A DNA stretch of 64,000 nucleotides from Auanema rhodensis (lineage: Eukaryota; Animalia; Nematoda). The position numbers and the translations under genes were made by a program. The notes beneath the pieces are model-generated. The model ran no database searches and was not told the DNA's origin. It was given only the letters and a program-made list of their open reading frames with translations. The stretch covers positions 17,174,001 to 17,238,000 of the forward strand of contig OZ059898.1 of the NCBI GenBank assembly GCA_964057225.1, read 5' to 3'. Positions 29,001 through 44,222 of this stretch are shown in pieces. Each line of letters opens with the position of its first letter. Within the stretch, counting starts at the first letter, position 1.

Positions 29001-32000
29001 GATATAAGTTCACACTTATATCCTCGATTTTCACCCTGAAGAATTATTTTTTTCGTTGAATAACATTGTCCATCGTCTTTGCCTTGAAAAAAGGAACCTA
29101 AAAACATCTACTTTTTGCTAAATTATTCTGAAATTTTTCGAAAAAATTTTTGTCAAAATGTTTTTGGAAGCAATGTTGAGTGTACATGGAAACTCAACAT
29201 ACACTAATGCATCATTTTTCAAACGATCATAACTAATTTTTGTATTAAGCGTTTCTCAATGTAGTATAGTGCATTCGATGCGGATTTTTAAGCTGCGTCG
29301 ATCTGTGTTATCAGATTTGCGCTAGCTTAAAAATGCACCGAGATATCAACTAATATAAGTTCACACTTATATCCTCGATTTTCACCCTGAAGAATTAATT
29401 TTTTCGTTGAATAACAATGTCCATCGTCTTTGCCTTGAAAAACTAAATCTGAAAACATCTACTTTTTGCTAAATTATTTTGAAATTTTTCGAAAAAATTT
29501 TTGTCAAAATGTTTTTGGAAGCAATGTTGAGTGTACATGGAAACTCAACATACACTAATGCATCATTTTTCAAACGATCATAACTAATTTTTGTATTAAG
29601 CGTTTCTCAATATAGTATAGTGCATTTGATGCGGATTTTTAAGCTGCGTCGATCTGTGTTATCAGATTTGCGCTAGCTTAAAAATGCACCGAGATATCAA
29701 CTGATATAAGTTTACACTTATATCCTCGATTTTCACCCTGAAGAATTAATTTTTTCGTTGAATAACAATGTCCATCGTCTTTGCCTTGAAAAACTAAATC
29801 TCAAAACATCTACTTTTTGCTAAATTATTTTGAAATTTTTCGAAAAAATTTTTGTCAAAATGTTTTTGGAAGCAATTTTGAGTGTACATGGAAACTCAAC
29901 ATACACTAATGCATCATTTTTCAAACGATCATAACTAATTTTTGTATTAAGCGTTTCTCAATGTAGTATAGTGCTTTTGATGCGGATTTTTAAGCTGCGT
30001 CGATCTGTGTTATCAGATTTGCGCTAGCTTAAAAATGCACCGAGATTTCAACTGATATAAGTTTACACTTATATCCTCGATTTTCACCCTGAAGAATTAA
30101 TTTTTTCGTTGAATAACATTGTCCATCGTCTTTGCCTTGAAAAAAGGAATCTAAAAACATCTACTTTTTGCTAAATTATTCTGAAATTTTTCGAAAAAAT
30201 TTTTGTCAAAATGTTTTTGGAAGCAATTTTGAGTGTACATGGAAACTCAACATACACTAATGCATCATTTTTCAAACGATCATAACTAATTTTTGTATTA
30301 AGCGTTTCTCAATGTAGTATAGTGCTTTTGATGCGGATTTTTAAGCTGCGTCGATCTGTGTTATCAGATTTGCGCTAGCTTAAAAATGCACCGAGATATG
30401 AACTGATATAAGTTCACACTTATATCCTCGATTTTCACCCTGAAGAATTATTTTTTTCGTTGAATAACATTGTCCATCGTCTTTGCCTCAAAAAAAGGAA
30501 TCTAAAAACATCTACTTTTTGCTAAATTATTCTGAAATTTTTCGAAAAAATTTTTGTCAAAATGTTTTTGGAAGCAATTTTGAGTGTACATGGAAACTCA
30601 ACATACACTAATGCATCATTTTTCAAACGATCATAACTAATTTTTGTATTAAGCGTTTCTCAATGTAGTATAGTGCTTTTGATGCGGATTTTTAAGCTGC
30701 GTCGATCTGTGTTATCAGATTTGCGCTAGCTTAAAAATGCACCGAGATATGAACTGATATAAGTTCACACTTATATCCTCGATTTTCACCCTGAAGAATT
30801 ATTTTTTTCGTTGAATAACATTGTCCATCGTCTTTGCCTTAAAAAAAGGAATCTAAAAACATCTACTTTTTGCTAAATTATTCTGAAATTTTTCGAAAAA
30901 ATTTTTGTCAAAATGTTTTTGGAAGCAATGTTGAGTGTACATGGAAACTCAACATACACTAATGCATCATTTTTCAAACGATCATAACTAATTTTTGTAA
31001 TAAGCGTTTCTCAATGTAGTATAGTGCATTCGATGCGGATTTTTAAACTGCGTCGATCTGTGTTATCAGATTTGCGCTAGCTTAAAAATGCACCGAGATA
31101 TCAACTGATATAAGTTCACACTTATATCCTCGATTTTCACCCTGAAGAATTATTTTTTTCGTTGAATAACATTGTCCATCGTCTTTGCCTTGAAAAAAGG
31201 AATCTAAAAACATCTACTTTTTGCTAAATTATTCTGAAATTTTTCGAAAAAATTTTTGTCAAAATGTTTTTGGAAGCAATGTTGAGTGTACATGGAAACT
31301 CAACATACACTAATGCATCATTTTTCAAACGATCATAACTAATTTTTGTATTAAGCGTTTCTCAATGTAGTATAGTGCATTCGATGCGGATTTTTAAGCT
31401 GCGTCGATCTGTGTTATCAGATTTGCGCTAGCTTAAAAATGCACCGAGATATCAACTAATATAAGTTCACACTTATATCCTCGATTTTCACCCTGAAGAA
31501 TTAATTTTTTCGTTGAATAACAATGTCCATCGTCTTTGCCTTGAAAAACTAAATCTGAAAACATCTACTTTTTGCTAAATTATTTTGAAATTTTTCGAAA
31601 AAATTTTTGTCAAAATGTTTTTGGAAGCAATGTTGAGTGTACATGGAAACTCAACATACACTAATGCATCATTTTTCAAACGATCATAACTAATTTTTGT
31701 ATTAAGCGTTTCTCAATATAGTATAGTGCATTTGATGCGGATTTTTAAGCTGCGTCGATCTGTGTTATCAGATTTGCGCTAGCTTAAAAATGCACCGAGA
31801 TATCAACTGATATAAGTTTACACTTATATCCTCGATTTTCACCCTGAAGAATTAATTTTTTCGTTGAATAACAATGTCCATCGTCTTTGCCTTGAAAAAC
31901 TAAATCTGAAAACATCTACTTTTTGCTAAATTATTTTGAAATTTTTCGAAAAAATTTTTGTCAAAATGTTTTTGGAAGCAATTTTGAGTGTACATGGAAA

Positions 32001-35000
32001 CTCAACATACACTAATGCATCATTTTTCAAACGATCATAACTAATTTTTGTATTAAGCGTTTCTCAATGTAGTATAGTGCTTTTGATGCGGATTTTTAAG
32101 CTGCGTCGATCTGTGTTATCAGATTTGCGCTAGCTTAAAAATGCACCGAGATTTCAACTGATATAAGTTTACACTTATATCCTCGATTTTCACCCTGAAG
32201 AATTAATTTTTTCGTTGAATAACATTGTCCATCGTCTTTGCCTTGAAAAAAGGAATCTAAAAACATCTACTTTTTGCTAAATTATTCTGAAATTTTTCGA
32301 AAAAATTTTTGTCAAAATGTTTTTGGAAGCAATTTTGAGTGTACATGGAAACTCAACATACACTAATGCATCATTTTTCAAACGATCATAACTAATTTTT
32401 GTATTAAGCGTTTCTCAATGTAGTATAGTGCTTTTGATGCGGATTTTTAAGCTGCGTCGATCTGTGTTATCAGATTTGCGCTAGCTTAAAAATGCACCGA
32501 GATATGAACTGATATAAGTTCACACTTATATCCTCGATTTTCACCCTGAAGAATTATTTTTTTCGTTGAATAACATTGTCCATCGTCTTTGCCTCAAAAA
32601 AAGGAATCTAAAAACATCTACTTTTTGCTAAATTATTCTGAAATTTTTCGAAAAAATTTTTGTCAAAATGTTTTTGGAAGCAATTTTGAGTGTACATGGA
32701 AACTCAACATACACTAATGCATCATTTTTCAAACGATCATAACTAATTTTTGTATTAAGCGTTTCTCAATGTAGTATAGTGCTTTTGATGCGGATTTTTA
32801 AGCTGCGTCGATCTGTGTTATCAGATTTGCGCTAGCTTAAAAATGCACCGAGATATGAACTGATATAAGTTCACACTTATATCCTCGATTTTCACCCTGA
32901 AGAATTATTTTTTTCGTTGAATAACATTGTCCATCGTCTTTGCCTTAAAAAAAGGAATCTAAAAACATCTACTTTTTGCTAAATTATTCTGAAATTTTTC
33001 GAAAAAATTTTTGTCAAAATGTTTTTGGAAGCAATGTTGAGTGTACATGGAAACTCAACATACACTAATGCATCATTTTTCAAACGATCATAACTAATTT
33101 TTGTAATAAGCGTTTCTCAATGTAGTATAGTGCATTCGATGCGGATTTTTAAACTGCGTCGATCTGTGTTATCAGATTTGCGCTAGCTTAAAAATGCACC
33201 GAGATATCAACTGATATAAGTTCACACTTATATCCTCGATTTTCACCCTGAAGAATTATTTTTTTCGTTGAATAACATTGTCCATCGTCTTTGCCTTGAA
33301 AAAAGGAATCTAAAAACATCTACTTTTTGCTAAATTATTCTGAAATTTTTCGAAAAAATTTTTGTCAAAATGTTTTTGGAAGCAATGTTGAGTGTACATG
33401 GAAACTCAACATACACTAATGCATCATTTTTCAAACGATCATAACTAATTTTTGTATTAAGCGTTTCTCAATGTAGTATAGTGCATTCGATGCGGATTTT
33501 TAAACTGCGTCGATCTGTGTTATCAGATTTGCGCTAGCTTAAAAATGCACCGAGATATCAACTGATATAAGTTCACACTTATATCCTCGATTTTCACCCT
33601 GAAGAATTATTTTTTTCGTTGAATAACATTGTCCATCGTCTTTGCCTTGAAAAAAGGAACCTAAAAACATCTACTTTTTGCTAAATTATTCTGAAATTTT
33701 TCGAAAAAATTTTTGTCAAAATGTTTTTGGAAGCAATGTTGAGTGTACATGGAAACTCAACATACACTAATGCATCATTTTTCAAACGATCATAACTAAT
33801 TTTTGTATTAAGCGTTTCTCAATGTAGTATAGTGCATTCGATGCGGATTTTTAAGCTGCGTCGATCTGTGTTATCAGATTTGCGCTAGCTTAAAAATGCA
33901 CCGAGATATCAACTAATATAAGTTCACACTTATATCCTCGATTTTCACCCTGAAGAATTAATTTTTTCGTTGAATAACAATGTCCATCGTCTTTGCCTTG
34001 AAAAACTAAATCTGAAAACATCTACTTTTTGCTAAATTATTTTGAAATTTTTCGAAAAAATTTTTGTCAAAATGTTTTTGGAAGCAATGTTGAGTGTACA
34101 TGGAAACTCAACATACACTAATGCATCATTTTTCAAACGATCATAACTAATTTTTGTATTAAGCGTTTCTCAATATAGTATAGTGCATTTGATGCGGATT
34201 TTTAAGCTGCGTCGATCTGTGTTATCAGATTTGCGCTAGCTTAAAAATGCACCGAGATATCAACTGATATAAGTTTACACTTATATCCTCGATTTTCACC
34301 CTGAAGAATTAATTTTTTCGTTGAATAACAATGTCCATCGTCTTTGCCTTGAAAAACTAAATCTGAAAACATCTACTTTTTGCTAAATTATTTTGAAATT
34401 TTTCGAAAAAATTTTTGTCAAAATGTTTTTGGAAGCAATTTTGAGTGTACATGGAAACTCAACATACACTAATGCATCATTTTTCAAACGATCATAACTA
34501 ATTTTTGTATTAAGCGTTTCTCAATGTAGTATAGTGCTTTTGATGCGGATTTTTAAGCTGCGTCGATCTGTGTTATCAGATTTGCGCTAGCTTAAAAATG
34601 CACCGAGATTTCAACTGATATAAGTTTACACTTATATCCTCGATTTTCACCCTGAAGAATTAATTTTTTCGTTGAATAACATTGTCCATCGTCTTTGCCT
34701 TGAAAAAAGGAATCTAAAAACATCTACTTTTTGCTAAATTATTCTGAAATTTTTCGAAAAAATTTTTGTCAAAATGTTTTTGGAAGCAATTTTGAGTGTA
34801 CATGGAAACTCAACATACACTAATGCATCATTTTTCAAACGATCATAACTAATTTTTGTATTAAGCGTTTCTCAATGTAGTATAGTGCTTTTGATGCGGA
34901 TTTTTAAGCTGCGTCGATCTGTGTTATCAGATTTGCGCTAGCTTAAAAATGCACCGAGATATGAACTGATATAAGTTCACACTTATATCCTCGATTTTCA

Positions 35001-36147
35001 CCCTGAAGAATTATTTTTTTCGTTGAATAACATTGTCCATCGTCTTTGCCTCAAAAAAAGGAATCTAAAAACATCTACTTTTTGCTAAATTATTCTGAAA
35101 TTTTTCGAAAAAATTTTTGTCAAAATGTTTTTGGAAGCAATGTTGAGTGTACATGGAAACTCAACATACACTAATGCATCATTTTTCAAACGATCATAAC
35201 TAATTTTTGTAATAAGCGTTTCTCAATGTAGTATAGTGCATTCGATGCGGATTTTTAAACTGCGTCGATCTGTGTTATCAGATTTGCGCTAGCTTAAAAA
35301 TGCACCGAGATATCAACTGATATAAGTTCACACTTATATCCTCGATTTTCACCCTGAAGAATTATTTTTTTCGTTGAATAACATTGTCCATCGTCTTTGC
35401 CTTGAAAAAAGGAATCTAAAAACATCTACTTTTTGCTAAATTATTCTGAAATTTTTCGAAAAAATTTTTGTCAAAATGTTTTTGGAAGCAATGTTGAGTG
35501 TACATGGAAACTCAACATACACTAATGCATCATTTTTCAAACGATCATAACTAATTTTTGTATTAAGCGTTTCTCAATGTAGTATAGTGCATTCGATGCG
35601 GATTTTTAAACTGCGTCGATCTGTGTTATCAGATTTGCGCTAGCTTAAAAATGCACCGAGATATCAACTGATATAAGTTCACACTTATATCCTCGATTTT
35701 CACCCTGAAGAATTATTTTTTTCGTTGAATAACATTGTCCATCGTCTTTGCCTTGAAAAAAGGAACCTAAAAACATCTACTTATTGCTAAATTATTCTGA
35801 AATTTTTCGAAAAAATTTTTGTCAAAATGTTTTTGGAAGCAATGTTGAGTGTACATGGAAACTCAACATACACTAATGCATCATTTTTCAAACGATCATA
35901 ACTAATTTTTGTATTAAGCGTTTCTCAATGTAGTATAGTGCATTCGATGCGGATTTTTAAGCTGCGTCGATCTGTGTTATCAGATTTGCGCTAGCTTAAA
36001 AATGCACCGAGATATCAACTAATATAAGTTCACACATATATCCTCGATTTTCACCCTGAAGAATTAATTTTTTCGTTGAATAACAATGTCCATCGTCTTT
36101 GCCTTGAAAAACTAAATCTGAAAACATCTACTTTTTGCTAAATTATT
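20003..36147. repeat. Sub-domain B: 6-monomer higher-order repeat (2106 bp) with 4- and 7-mer variants and one re-entry of sub-domain A monomers
   Basis: The recurrent order is L, L(CAATATAG), GAGATTTC, GCTTTTG/ATATGA, GTAATAAG, GGAACCT. The GGAACCT marker is at 22078, 29097, 33660 and 35766. Confidence 0.85.
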
Positions 36148-39100
36148 TTGAAATTTTTCGAAAAAATTTTTGTCAAAATGTTTTTGGAAGCAATGTTGAG
36201 TGTACATGGAAACTCAACATACACTAATGCATCATTTTTCAAACGATCATAACTAATTTTTGTATTAAGCGTTTCTCAATATAGTATAGTGCATTTGATG
36301 CGGATTTTTAAGCTGCGTCGATCTGTGTTATCAGATTTGCGCTAGCTTAAAAATGCACCGAGATATCAACTGATATAAGTTTACACTTATATCCTCGATT
36401 TTCACCCTGAAGAATTAATTTTTTCGTTGAATAACATTGTCCATCGTCTTTGCCTTGAAAAAAGGAATCTAAAAACATCTACTTTTTGCTAAATTATTCT
36501 GAAATTTTTCGAAAAAATTTTTGTCAAAATGTTTTTGGAAGCAATTTTGAGTGTACATGGAAACTCAACATACACTAATGCATCATTTTTCAAACGATCA
36601 TAACTAATTTTTGTATTAAGCGTTTCTCAATGTAGTATAGTGCTTTTGATGCGGATTTTTAAGCTGCGTCGATCTGTGTTATCAGATTTGCGCTAGCTTA
36701 AAAATGCACCGAGATATCAACTGATATAAGTTCACACTTATATCCTCGATTTTCACCCTGAAGAATTAATTTTTTCGTTGAATAACATTGTCCATCGTCT
36801 TTGCCTTGAAAAAAGGAATTTCAAAACATCTACTTTTTGCTAAATTATTCTGAAATTTTTCGAAAAAATTTTTGTCAAAATGTTTTTGGAAGCAATGTTG
36901 AGTGTACATGGAAACTCAACATACACTAATGCATCATTTTTCAAACGATCATAACTAATTTTTGTATTAAGCGTTTCTCAATGTAGTATAGTGCATTCGA
37001 TGCGGATTCTTAAGCTGCGTCGATCTGTGTTATCAGATTTGCGCTAGCTTAAAAATGCACCGAGATATCAACTAATATAAGTTCACACTTATATCCTCGA
37101 TTTTCACCCTGAAGAATTAATTTTTTCGTTGAATAACAATGTCCATCGTCTTTGCCTTGAAAAACTAAATCTGAAAACATCTACTTTTTGCTAAATTATT
37201 TTGAAATTTTTCGAAAAAATTTTTGTCAAAATGTTTTTGGAAGCAATGTTGAGTGTACATGGAAACTCAACATACACTAATGCATCATTTTTCAAACGAT
37301 CATAACTAATTTTTGTATTAAGCGTTTCTCAATGTAGTATAGTGCATTTGATGCGGATTTTTAAGCTGCGTCGATCTGTGTTATCAGATTTGCGCTAGCT
37401 TAAAAATGCACCGAGATATCAACTGATATAAGTTTACACTTATATCCTCGATTTTCACCCTGAAGAATTAATTTTTTCGTTGAATAACATTGTCCATCGT
37501 CTTTGCCTTGAAAAAAGAAATCTAAAAACATCTACTTTTTGCTAAATTATTCTGAAATTTTTCGAAAAAATTTTTGTCAAAATGTTTTTGGAAGCAATTT
37601 TGAGTGTACATGGAAACTCAACATACACTAATGCATCATTTTTCAAACGATCATAACTAATTTTTGTATTAAGCGTTTCTCAATGTAGTATAGTGCATTC
37701 TATGCGGATTTTTAAGCTGCGTCGATCTGTGTTATCAGATTTTCGCTAGCTTAAAAATGCACCGAGATATCAACTGATATAAGTTCACACTTATATCCTC
37801 GATTTTCACCCTGAAGAATTAATTTTTTCGTTGAATAACATTGTCCATCGTCTTTGCCTTGAAAAAAGGAATTTCAAAACATCTACTTTTTGCTAAATTA
37901 TTCTGAAATTTTTCGAAAAAATTTTTGTCAAAATGTTTTTGGAAGCAATGTTGAGTGTACATGGAAACTCAACATACACTAATGCATCATTTTTCAAACG
38001 ATCATAACTAATTTTTGTATTAAGCGTTTCTCAATGTAGTATAGTGCATTCGATGCGGATTTTTAAGCTGCGTCGATCTGTGTTATCAGATTTGCGCTAG
38101 CTTAAAAATGCACCGAGATATCAACTAATATAAGTTCACACTTATATCCTCGATTTTCACCCTGAAGAATTAATTTTTTCGTTGAATAACAATGTCCATC
38201 GTCTTTGCCTTGAAAAACTAAATCTGAAAACATCTACTTTTTGCTAAATTATTTTGAAATTTTTCGAAAAAATTTTTGTCAAAATGTTTTTGGAAGCAAT
38301 GTTGAGTGTACATGGAAACTCAACATACACTAATGCATCATTTTTCAAACGATCATAACTAATTTTTGTATTAAGCGTTTCTCAATGTAGTATAGTGCAT
38401 TTGATGCGGATTTTTAAGCTGCGTCGATCTGTGTTGTCAGATTTGCGCTAGCTTAAAAATGCACCGAGATATCAACTGATATAAGTTTACACTTATATCC
38501 TCGATTTTCACCCTGAAGAATTAATTTTTTCGTTGAATAACATTGTCCATCGTCTTTGCCTTGAAAAAAGGAATCTAAAAACATCTACTTTTTGCTGAAT
38601 TATTTTGAAATTTTTCGAAAAAATTTTTGTCAAAATGTTTTTGGAAGCAATGTTGAGTGTACATGGAAACTCAACATACACTAATGCATTATTTTTCAAA
38701 CGATCATAACTAATTTTTGTATTGAGCGTTTTTCAATGTAGTATAGTGCATTCGATGCGGATTTTTAAGCTGCGTCGATCTGTGTTATCAGATTTGCGCT
38801 AGCTTAAAAATGCACCGAGATATCAACTGATATAAGTTCACACTTATATCCTCGATTTTCACCCTGAAGAATTAATTTTTTCGTTGAATAACATTGTCCA
38901 TCGTCTTTGCCTTGAAAAAAGGAATTTCAAAACATCTACTTTTTGCTAAATTATTCTGAAATTTTTCGAAAAAATTTTTGTCAAAATGTTTTTGGAAGCA
39001 ATGTTGAGTGTACATGGAAACTCAACATACACTAATGCATCATTTTTCAAACGATCATAACTAATTTTTGTATTAAGCGTTTCTCAATGTAGTATAGTGC

Positions 39101-40008
39101 ATTCGATGCGGATTTTTAAGCTGCGTCGATCTGTGTTATCAGATTTGCGCTAGCTTAAAAATGCACCGAGATATCAACTAATATAAGTTCACACTTATAT
39201 CCTCGATTTTCACCCTGAAGAATTAATTTTTTCGTTGAATAACAATGTCCATCGTCTTTGCCTTGAAAAACTAAATCTGAAAACATCTACTTTTTGCTAA
39301 ATTATTTTGAAATTTTTCGAAAAAATTTTTGTCAAAATGTTTTTGGAAGCAATGTTGAGTGTACATGGAAACTCAACATACACTAATGCATCATTTTTCA
39401 AACGATCATAACTAATTTTTGTATTAAGCGTTTTTCAATGTAGTATAGTGCATTTGATGCGGATTTTTAAGCTGCGTCGATCTGTGTTGTCAGATTTGCG
39501 CTAGCTTAAAAATGCACCGAGATATCAACTGATATAAGTTTACACTTATATCCTCGATTTTCACCCTGAAGAATTAATTTTTTCGTTGAATAACATTGTC
39601 CATCGTCTTTGCCTTGAAAAAAGGAATCTAAAAACATCTACTTTTTGCTGAATTATTTTGAAATTTTTCGAAAAAATTTTTGTCAAAATGTTTTTGGAAG
39701 CAATGTTGAGTGTACATGGAAACTCAACATACACTAATGCATTATTTTTCAAACGATCATAACTAATTTTTGTATTGAGCGTTTTTCAATGTAGTATAGT
39801 GCATTCGATGCGGATTTTTAAGCTGCGTCGATCTGTGTTATCAGATTTGCGCTAGCTTAAAAATGCACCGAGATATCAACTGATATAAGTTCACACTTAT
39901 ATCCTCGATTTTCACCCTGAAGAATTAATTTTTTCGTTGAATAACATTGTCCATCGTCTTTGCCTTGAAATAAGGAATCTAAAAACATTTACTTTTTGCT
40001 AAATTATT
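36148..40008. repeat. Sub-domain C: 3-monomer periodicity (1053 bp)
   Basis: L-type monomers start at 35797, 36850, 37903 and 38956. The GGAATTTCAAAAC variant recurs every third monomer. Twin ORFs at 38508 and 39561 are 1053 bp apart. Confidence 0.8.
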
Positions 40009-43000
40009 CTGAAATTTTTCGAAAAAATTTTTGTCAAAATGTTTTTGGAAGCAATGTTGAGTGTACATGGAAACTCAACATACACTAATGCACCATTTTT
40101 CAAACGATCATAACTAATTTTTGTATTAAGCGTTTCTCAATGTAGTATACTGCATTCGATGCGGATTTTTAAGCTGCGTCGATCTGTGTTATCAGATTTG
40201 CGCTAGCTTAAAAATGCACCGAGATATCAACTGATATAAGTTCACACTTATATCCTCGATTTTCACCCTGAAGAATTAATTTTTTCGTTGAATAACATTG
40301 TCCATCGTCTTTACCTTGAAAAAAGGAATCTAAAAACATCTACTTTTTGCTAAATTATTTCGAAATTTTTCGAAAAAATTTTTGTCAAAATGTTTTTGGA
40401 AGCAATGTTGAGTGTACATGGAAACTCAACATACACTAATGCATTATTTTTCAAACAATCATAACTAATTTTTGTATTAAGCGTTTTTCAATGTAGTATA
40501 GTGCATTTGATGCGGATTTTTAAGCTGCGTCGATCTGTGTTATCAAATTTGCGCTAGCTTAAAAATGCACCGAGATATCAACTAATATAAGTTCACACTT
40601 ATATCCTCGATTTTCACCCTGAAGAATTAATTTTTTCGTTGAATAACAATGTCCATCGTCTTTGCCTTGAAAAACTAAATCTGAAAACATCTACTTTTTG
40701 CTAAATTATTTTGAAATTTTTCGAAAAAATTTTTGTCAAAATGTTTTTGGAAGCAATGTTGAGTGTACATGGAAACTCAACATACACTAATGCATCATTT
40801 TTCAAACGATCATAACTAATTTTTGTATTAAGCGTTTCTCAATGTAGTATAGTGCATTCGATGCGGATTTTTAAGCTGCGTCGATCTGTGTTATCAGATT
40901 TGCGCTAGCTTAAAAATGCACCGAGATATGAACTGATATAAGTTTACACTTATATCCTCGATTTTCACCCTGAAGAATTACTTTTTTCGTTGAATAACAT
41001 TGTCCATCGTCTTTACCTTGAAAAAAGGAATCTAAAAACATCTACTTTTTGCTAAATTATTTTGAAATTTTTCGAAAAAATTTTTGTCAAAATGTTTTTG
41101 GAAGCAATGTTGAGTGTACATGGAAACTCAACATACACTAATGCATTATTTTTCAAACGATCATAACTAATTTTTGTATTACGCGTTTCTCAATGTAGTA
41201 TATTGCATTCGATGCGGATTTGTAAGCTGCGTCGATCTGTGTTATCAGATTTGCGCTAGCTTAAAAATGCACCGAGATATCAACTGATATAAGTTTACAC
41301 TTATATCCTCGATTTTCACCCTGAAGAATTAATTTTTTCGTTGAATAACATTGTCCATCGTCTTTGCCTTGAAAAAAGGAATCTAAAAACATCTACTTTT
41401 TGCTGAATTATTTTGAAATTTTTCGAAAAAATTTTTGTCAAAATGTTTTTGGAAGCAATGTTGAGTGTACATGGAAACTCAACATACACTAATGCATTAT
41501 TTTTCAAACGATCATAACTAATTTTTGTATTGAGCGTTTCTCAATGTAGTATAGTGCTTTTGATGCGGATTTTTAAGCTGCGTCGATCTGTGTTATCAGA
41601 TTTGCGCTAGCTTAAAAATGCACCGAGATATCAACTGATATAAGTTCACACTTATATCCTCGATTTTCACCCTGAAGAATTAATTTTTTCGTTGAATAAC
41701 ATTGTCCATCGTCTTTACCTTGAAAAAAGGAATCTAAAAACATCTACTTTTTGCTAAATTATTTCGAAATTTTTCGAAAAAATTTTTGTCAAAATGTTTT
41801 TGGAAGCAATGTTGAGTGTACATGGAAACTCAACATACACTAATGCATTATTTTTCAAACAATCATAACTAATTTTTGTATTAAGCGTTTTTCAATGTAG
41901 TATAGTGCATTTGATGCGGATTTTTAAGCTGCGTCGATCTGTGTTATCAAATTTGCGCTAGCTTAAAAATGCACCGAGATATCAACTAATATAAGTTCAC
42001 ACTTATATCCTCGATTTTCACCCTGAAGAATTAATTTTTTCGTTGAATAACAATGTCCATCGTCTTTGCCTTGAAAAACTAAATCTGAAAACATCTACTT
42101 TTTGCTAAATTATTTTGAAATTTTTCGAAAAAATTTTTGTCAAAATGTTTTTGGAAGCAATGTTGAGTGTACATGGAAACTCAACATACACTAATGCATC
42201 ATTTTTCAAACGATCATAACTAATTTTTGTATTAAGCGTTTCTCAATGTAGTATAGTGCATTCGATGCGGATTTTTAAGCTGCGTCGATCTGTGTTATCA
42301 GATTTGCGCTAGCTTAAAAATGCACCGAGATATGAACTGATATAAGTTTACACTTATATCCTCGATTTTCACCCTGAAGAATTACTTTTTTCGTTGAATA
42401 ACATTGTCCATCGTCTTTACCTTGAAAAAAGGAATCTAAAAACATCTACTTTTTGCTAAATTATTTTGAAATTTTTCGAAAAAATTTTTGTCAAAATGTT
42501 TTTGGAAGCAATGTTGAGTGTACATGGAAACTCAACATACACTAATGCATTATTTTTCAAACGATCATAACTAATTTTTGTATTACGCGTTTCTCAATGT
42601 AGTATATTGCATTCGATGCGGATTTGTAAGCTGCGTCGATCTGTGTTATCAGATTTGCGCTAGCTTAAAAATGCACCGAGATATCAACTGATATAAGTTC
42701 ACACTTATATCCTCGATTTTCACCCTGAAGAATTAATTTTTTTCGTTGAATAACATTGTCCATCGTCTTTGCCTTGAAAAAAGGAATCTAAAAACATCTA
42801 CTTTTTGCTAAATTATTCTGAAATTTTTCGAAAAAATTTTTGTCAAAATGTTTTTGGAAGCAATGTTAAGTGTACATGGAAACTCAACATACACTAATGC
42901 ACCATTTTTCAAACGATCATAACTAATTTTTGTATTAAGCGTTTCTCAATGTAGTATACTGCATTCGATGCGGATTTTTAAGCTGCGTCGATCTGTGTTA

Positions 43001-44222
43001 TCAGATTTGCGCTAGCTTAAAAATGCACCGAGATATCAACTGATATAAGTTCACACTTATATCCTCGATTTTCACCCTGAAGAATTAATTTTTTCGTTGA
43101 ATAACATTGTCCATCGTCTTTACCTTGAAAAAAGGAATCTAAAAACATCTACTTTTTGCTAAATTATTTCGAAATTTTTCGAAAAAATTTTTGTCAAAAT
43201 GTTTTTGGAAGCAATGTTGAGTGTACATGGAAACTCAACATACACTAATGCATTATTTTTCAAACAATCATAACTAATTTTTGTATTAAGCGTTTTTCAA
43301 TGTAGTATAGTGCATTTGATGCGGATTTTTAAGCTGCGTCGATCTGTGTTATCAAATTTGCGCTAGCTTAAAAATGCACCGAGATATCAACTAATATAAG
43401 TTCACACTTATATCCTCGATTTTCACCCTGAAGAATTAATTTTTTCGTTGAATAACAATGTCCATCGTCTTTGCCTTGAAAAACTAAATCTGAAAACATC
43501 TACTTTTTGCTAAATTATTTTGAAATTTTTCGAAAAAATTTTTGTCAAAATGTTTTTGGAAGCAATGTTGAGTGTACATGGAAACTCAACATACACTAAT
43601 GCATCATTTTTCAAACGATCATAACTAATTTTTGTATTAAGCGTTTCTCAATGTAGTATAGTGCATTCGATGCGGATTTTTAAGCTGCGTCGATCTGTGT
43701 TATCAGATTTGCGCTAGCTTAAAAATGCACCGAGATATGAACTGATATAAGTTTACACTTATATCCTCGATTATCACCCTGAAGAATTAATTTTTTCGTT
43801 GAATAACATTGTCCATCGTCTTTACCTTGAAAAAAGGAATCTAAAAACATCTACTTTTTGCTAAATTATTTTGAAATTTTTCGAAAAAATTTTTGTCAAA
43901 ATGTTTTTGGAAGCAATGTTGAGTGTACATGGAAACTCAACATACACTAATGCATTATTTTTCAAACGATCATAACTAATTTTTGTATTACGCGTTTCTC
44001 AATGTAGTATATTGCATTCGATGCGGATTTGTAAGCTGCGTCGATCTGTGTTATCAGATTTGCGCTAGCTTAAAAATGCACCGAGATATCAACTGATATA
44101 AGTTCACACTTATATCCTCGATTTTCACCCTGAAGAATTAATTTTTTTCGTTGAATAACATTGTCCATCGTCTTTGCCTTGAAAAAAGGAATCTAAAAAC
44201 ATCTACTTTTTGCTAAATTATT
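40009..44222. repeat. Sub-domain D: 4-monomer higher-order repeat (~1404 bp), three copies
   Basis: The AAACAATC marker is at 40457, 41861 and 43266. The TTACGCG/TTTGTAAG monomer and the TTTACC monomers recur with the same period. Confidence 0.85.
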
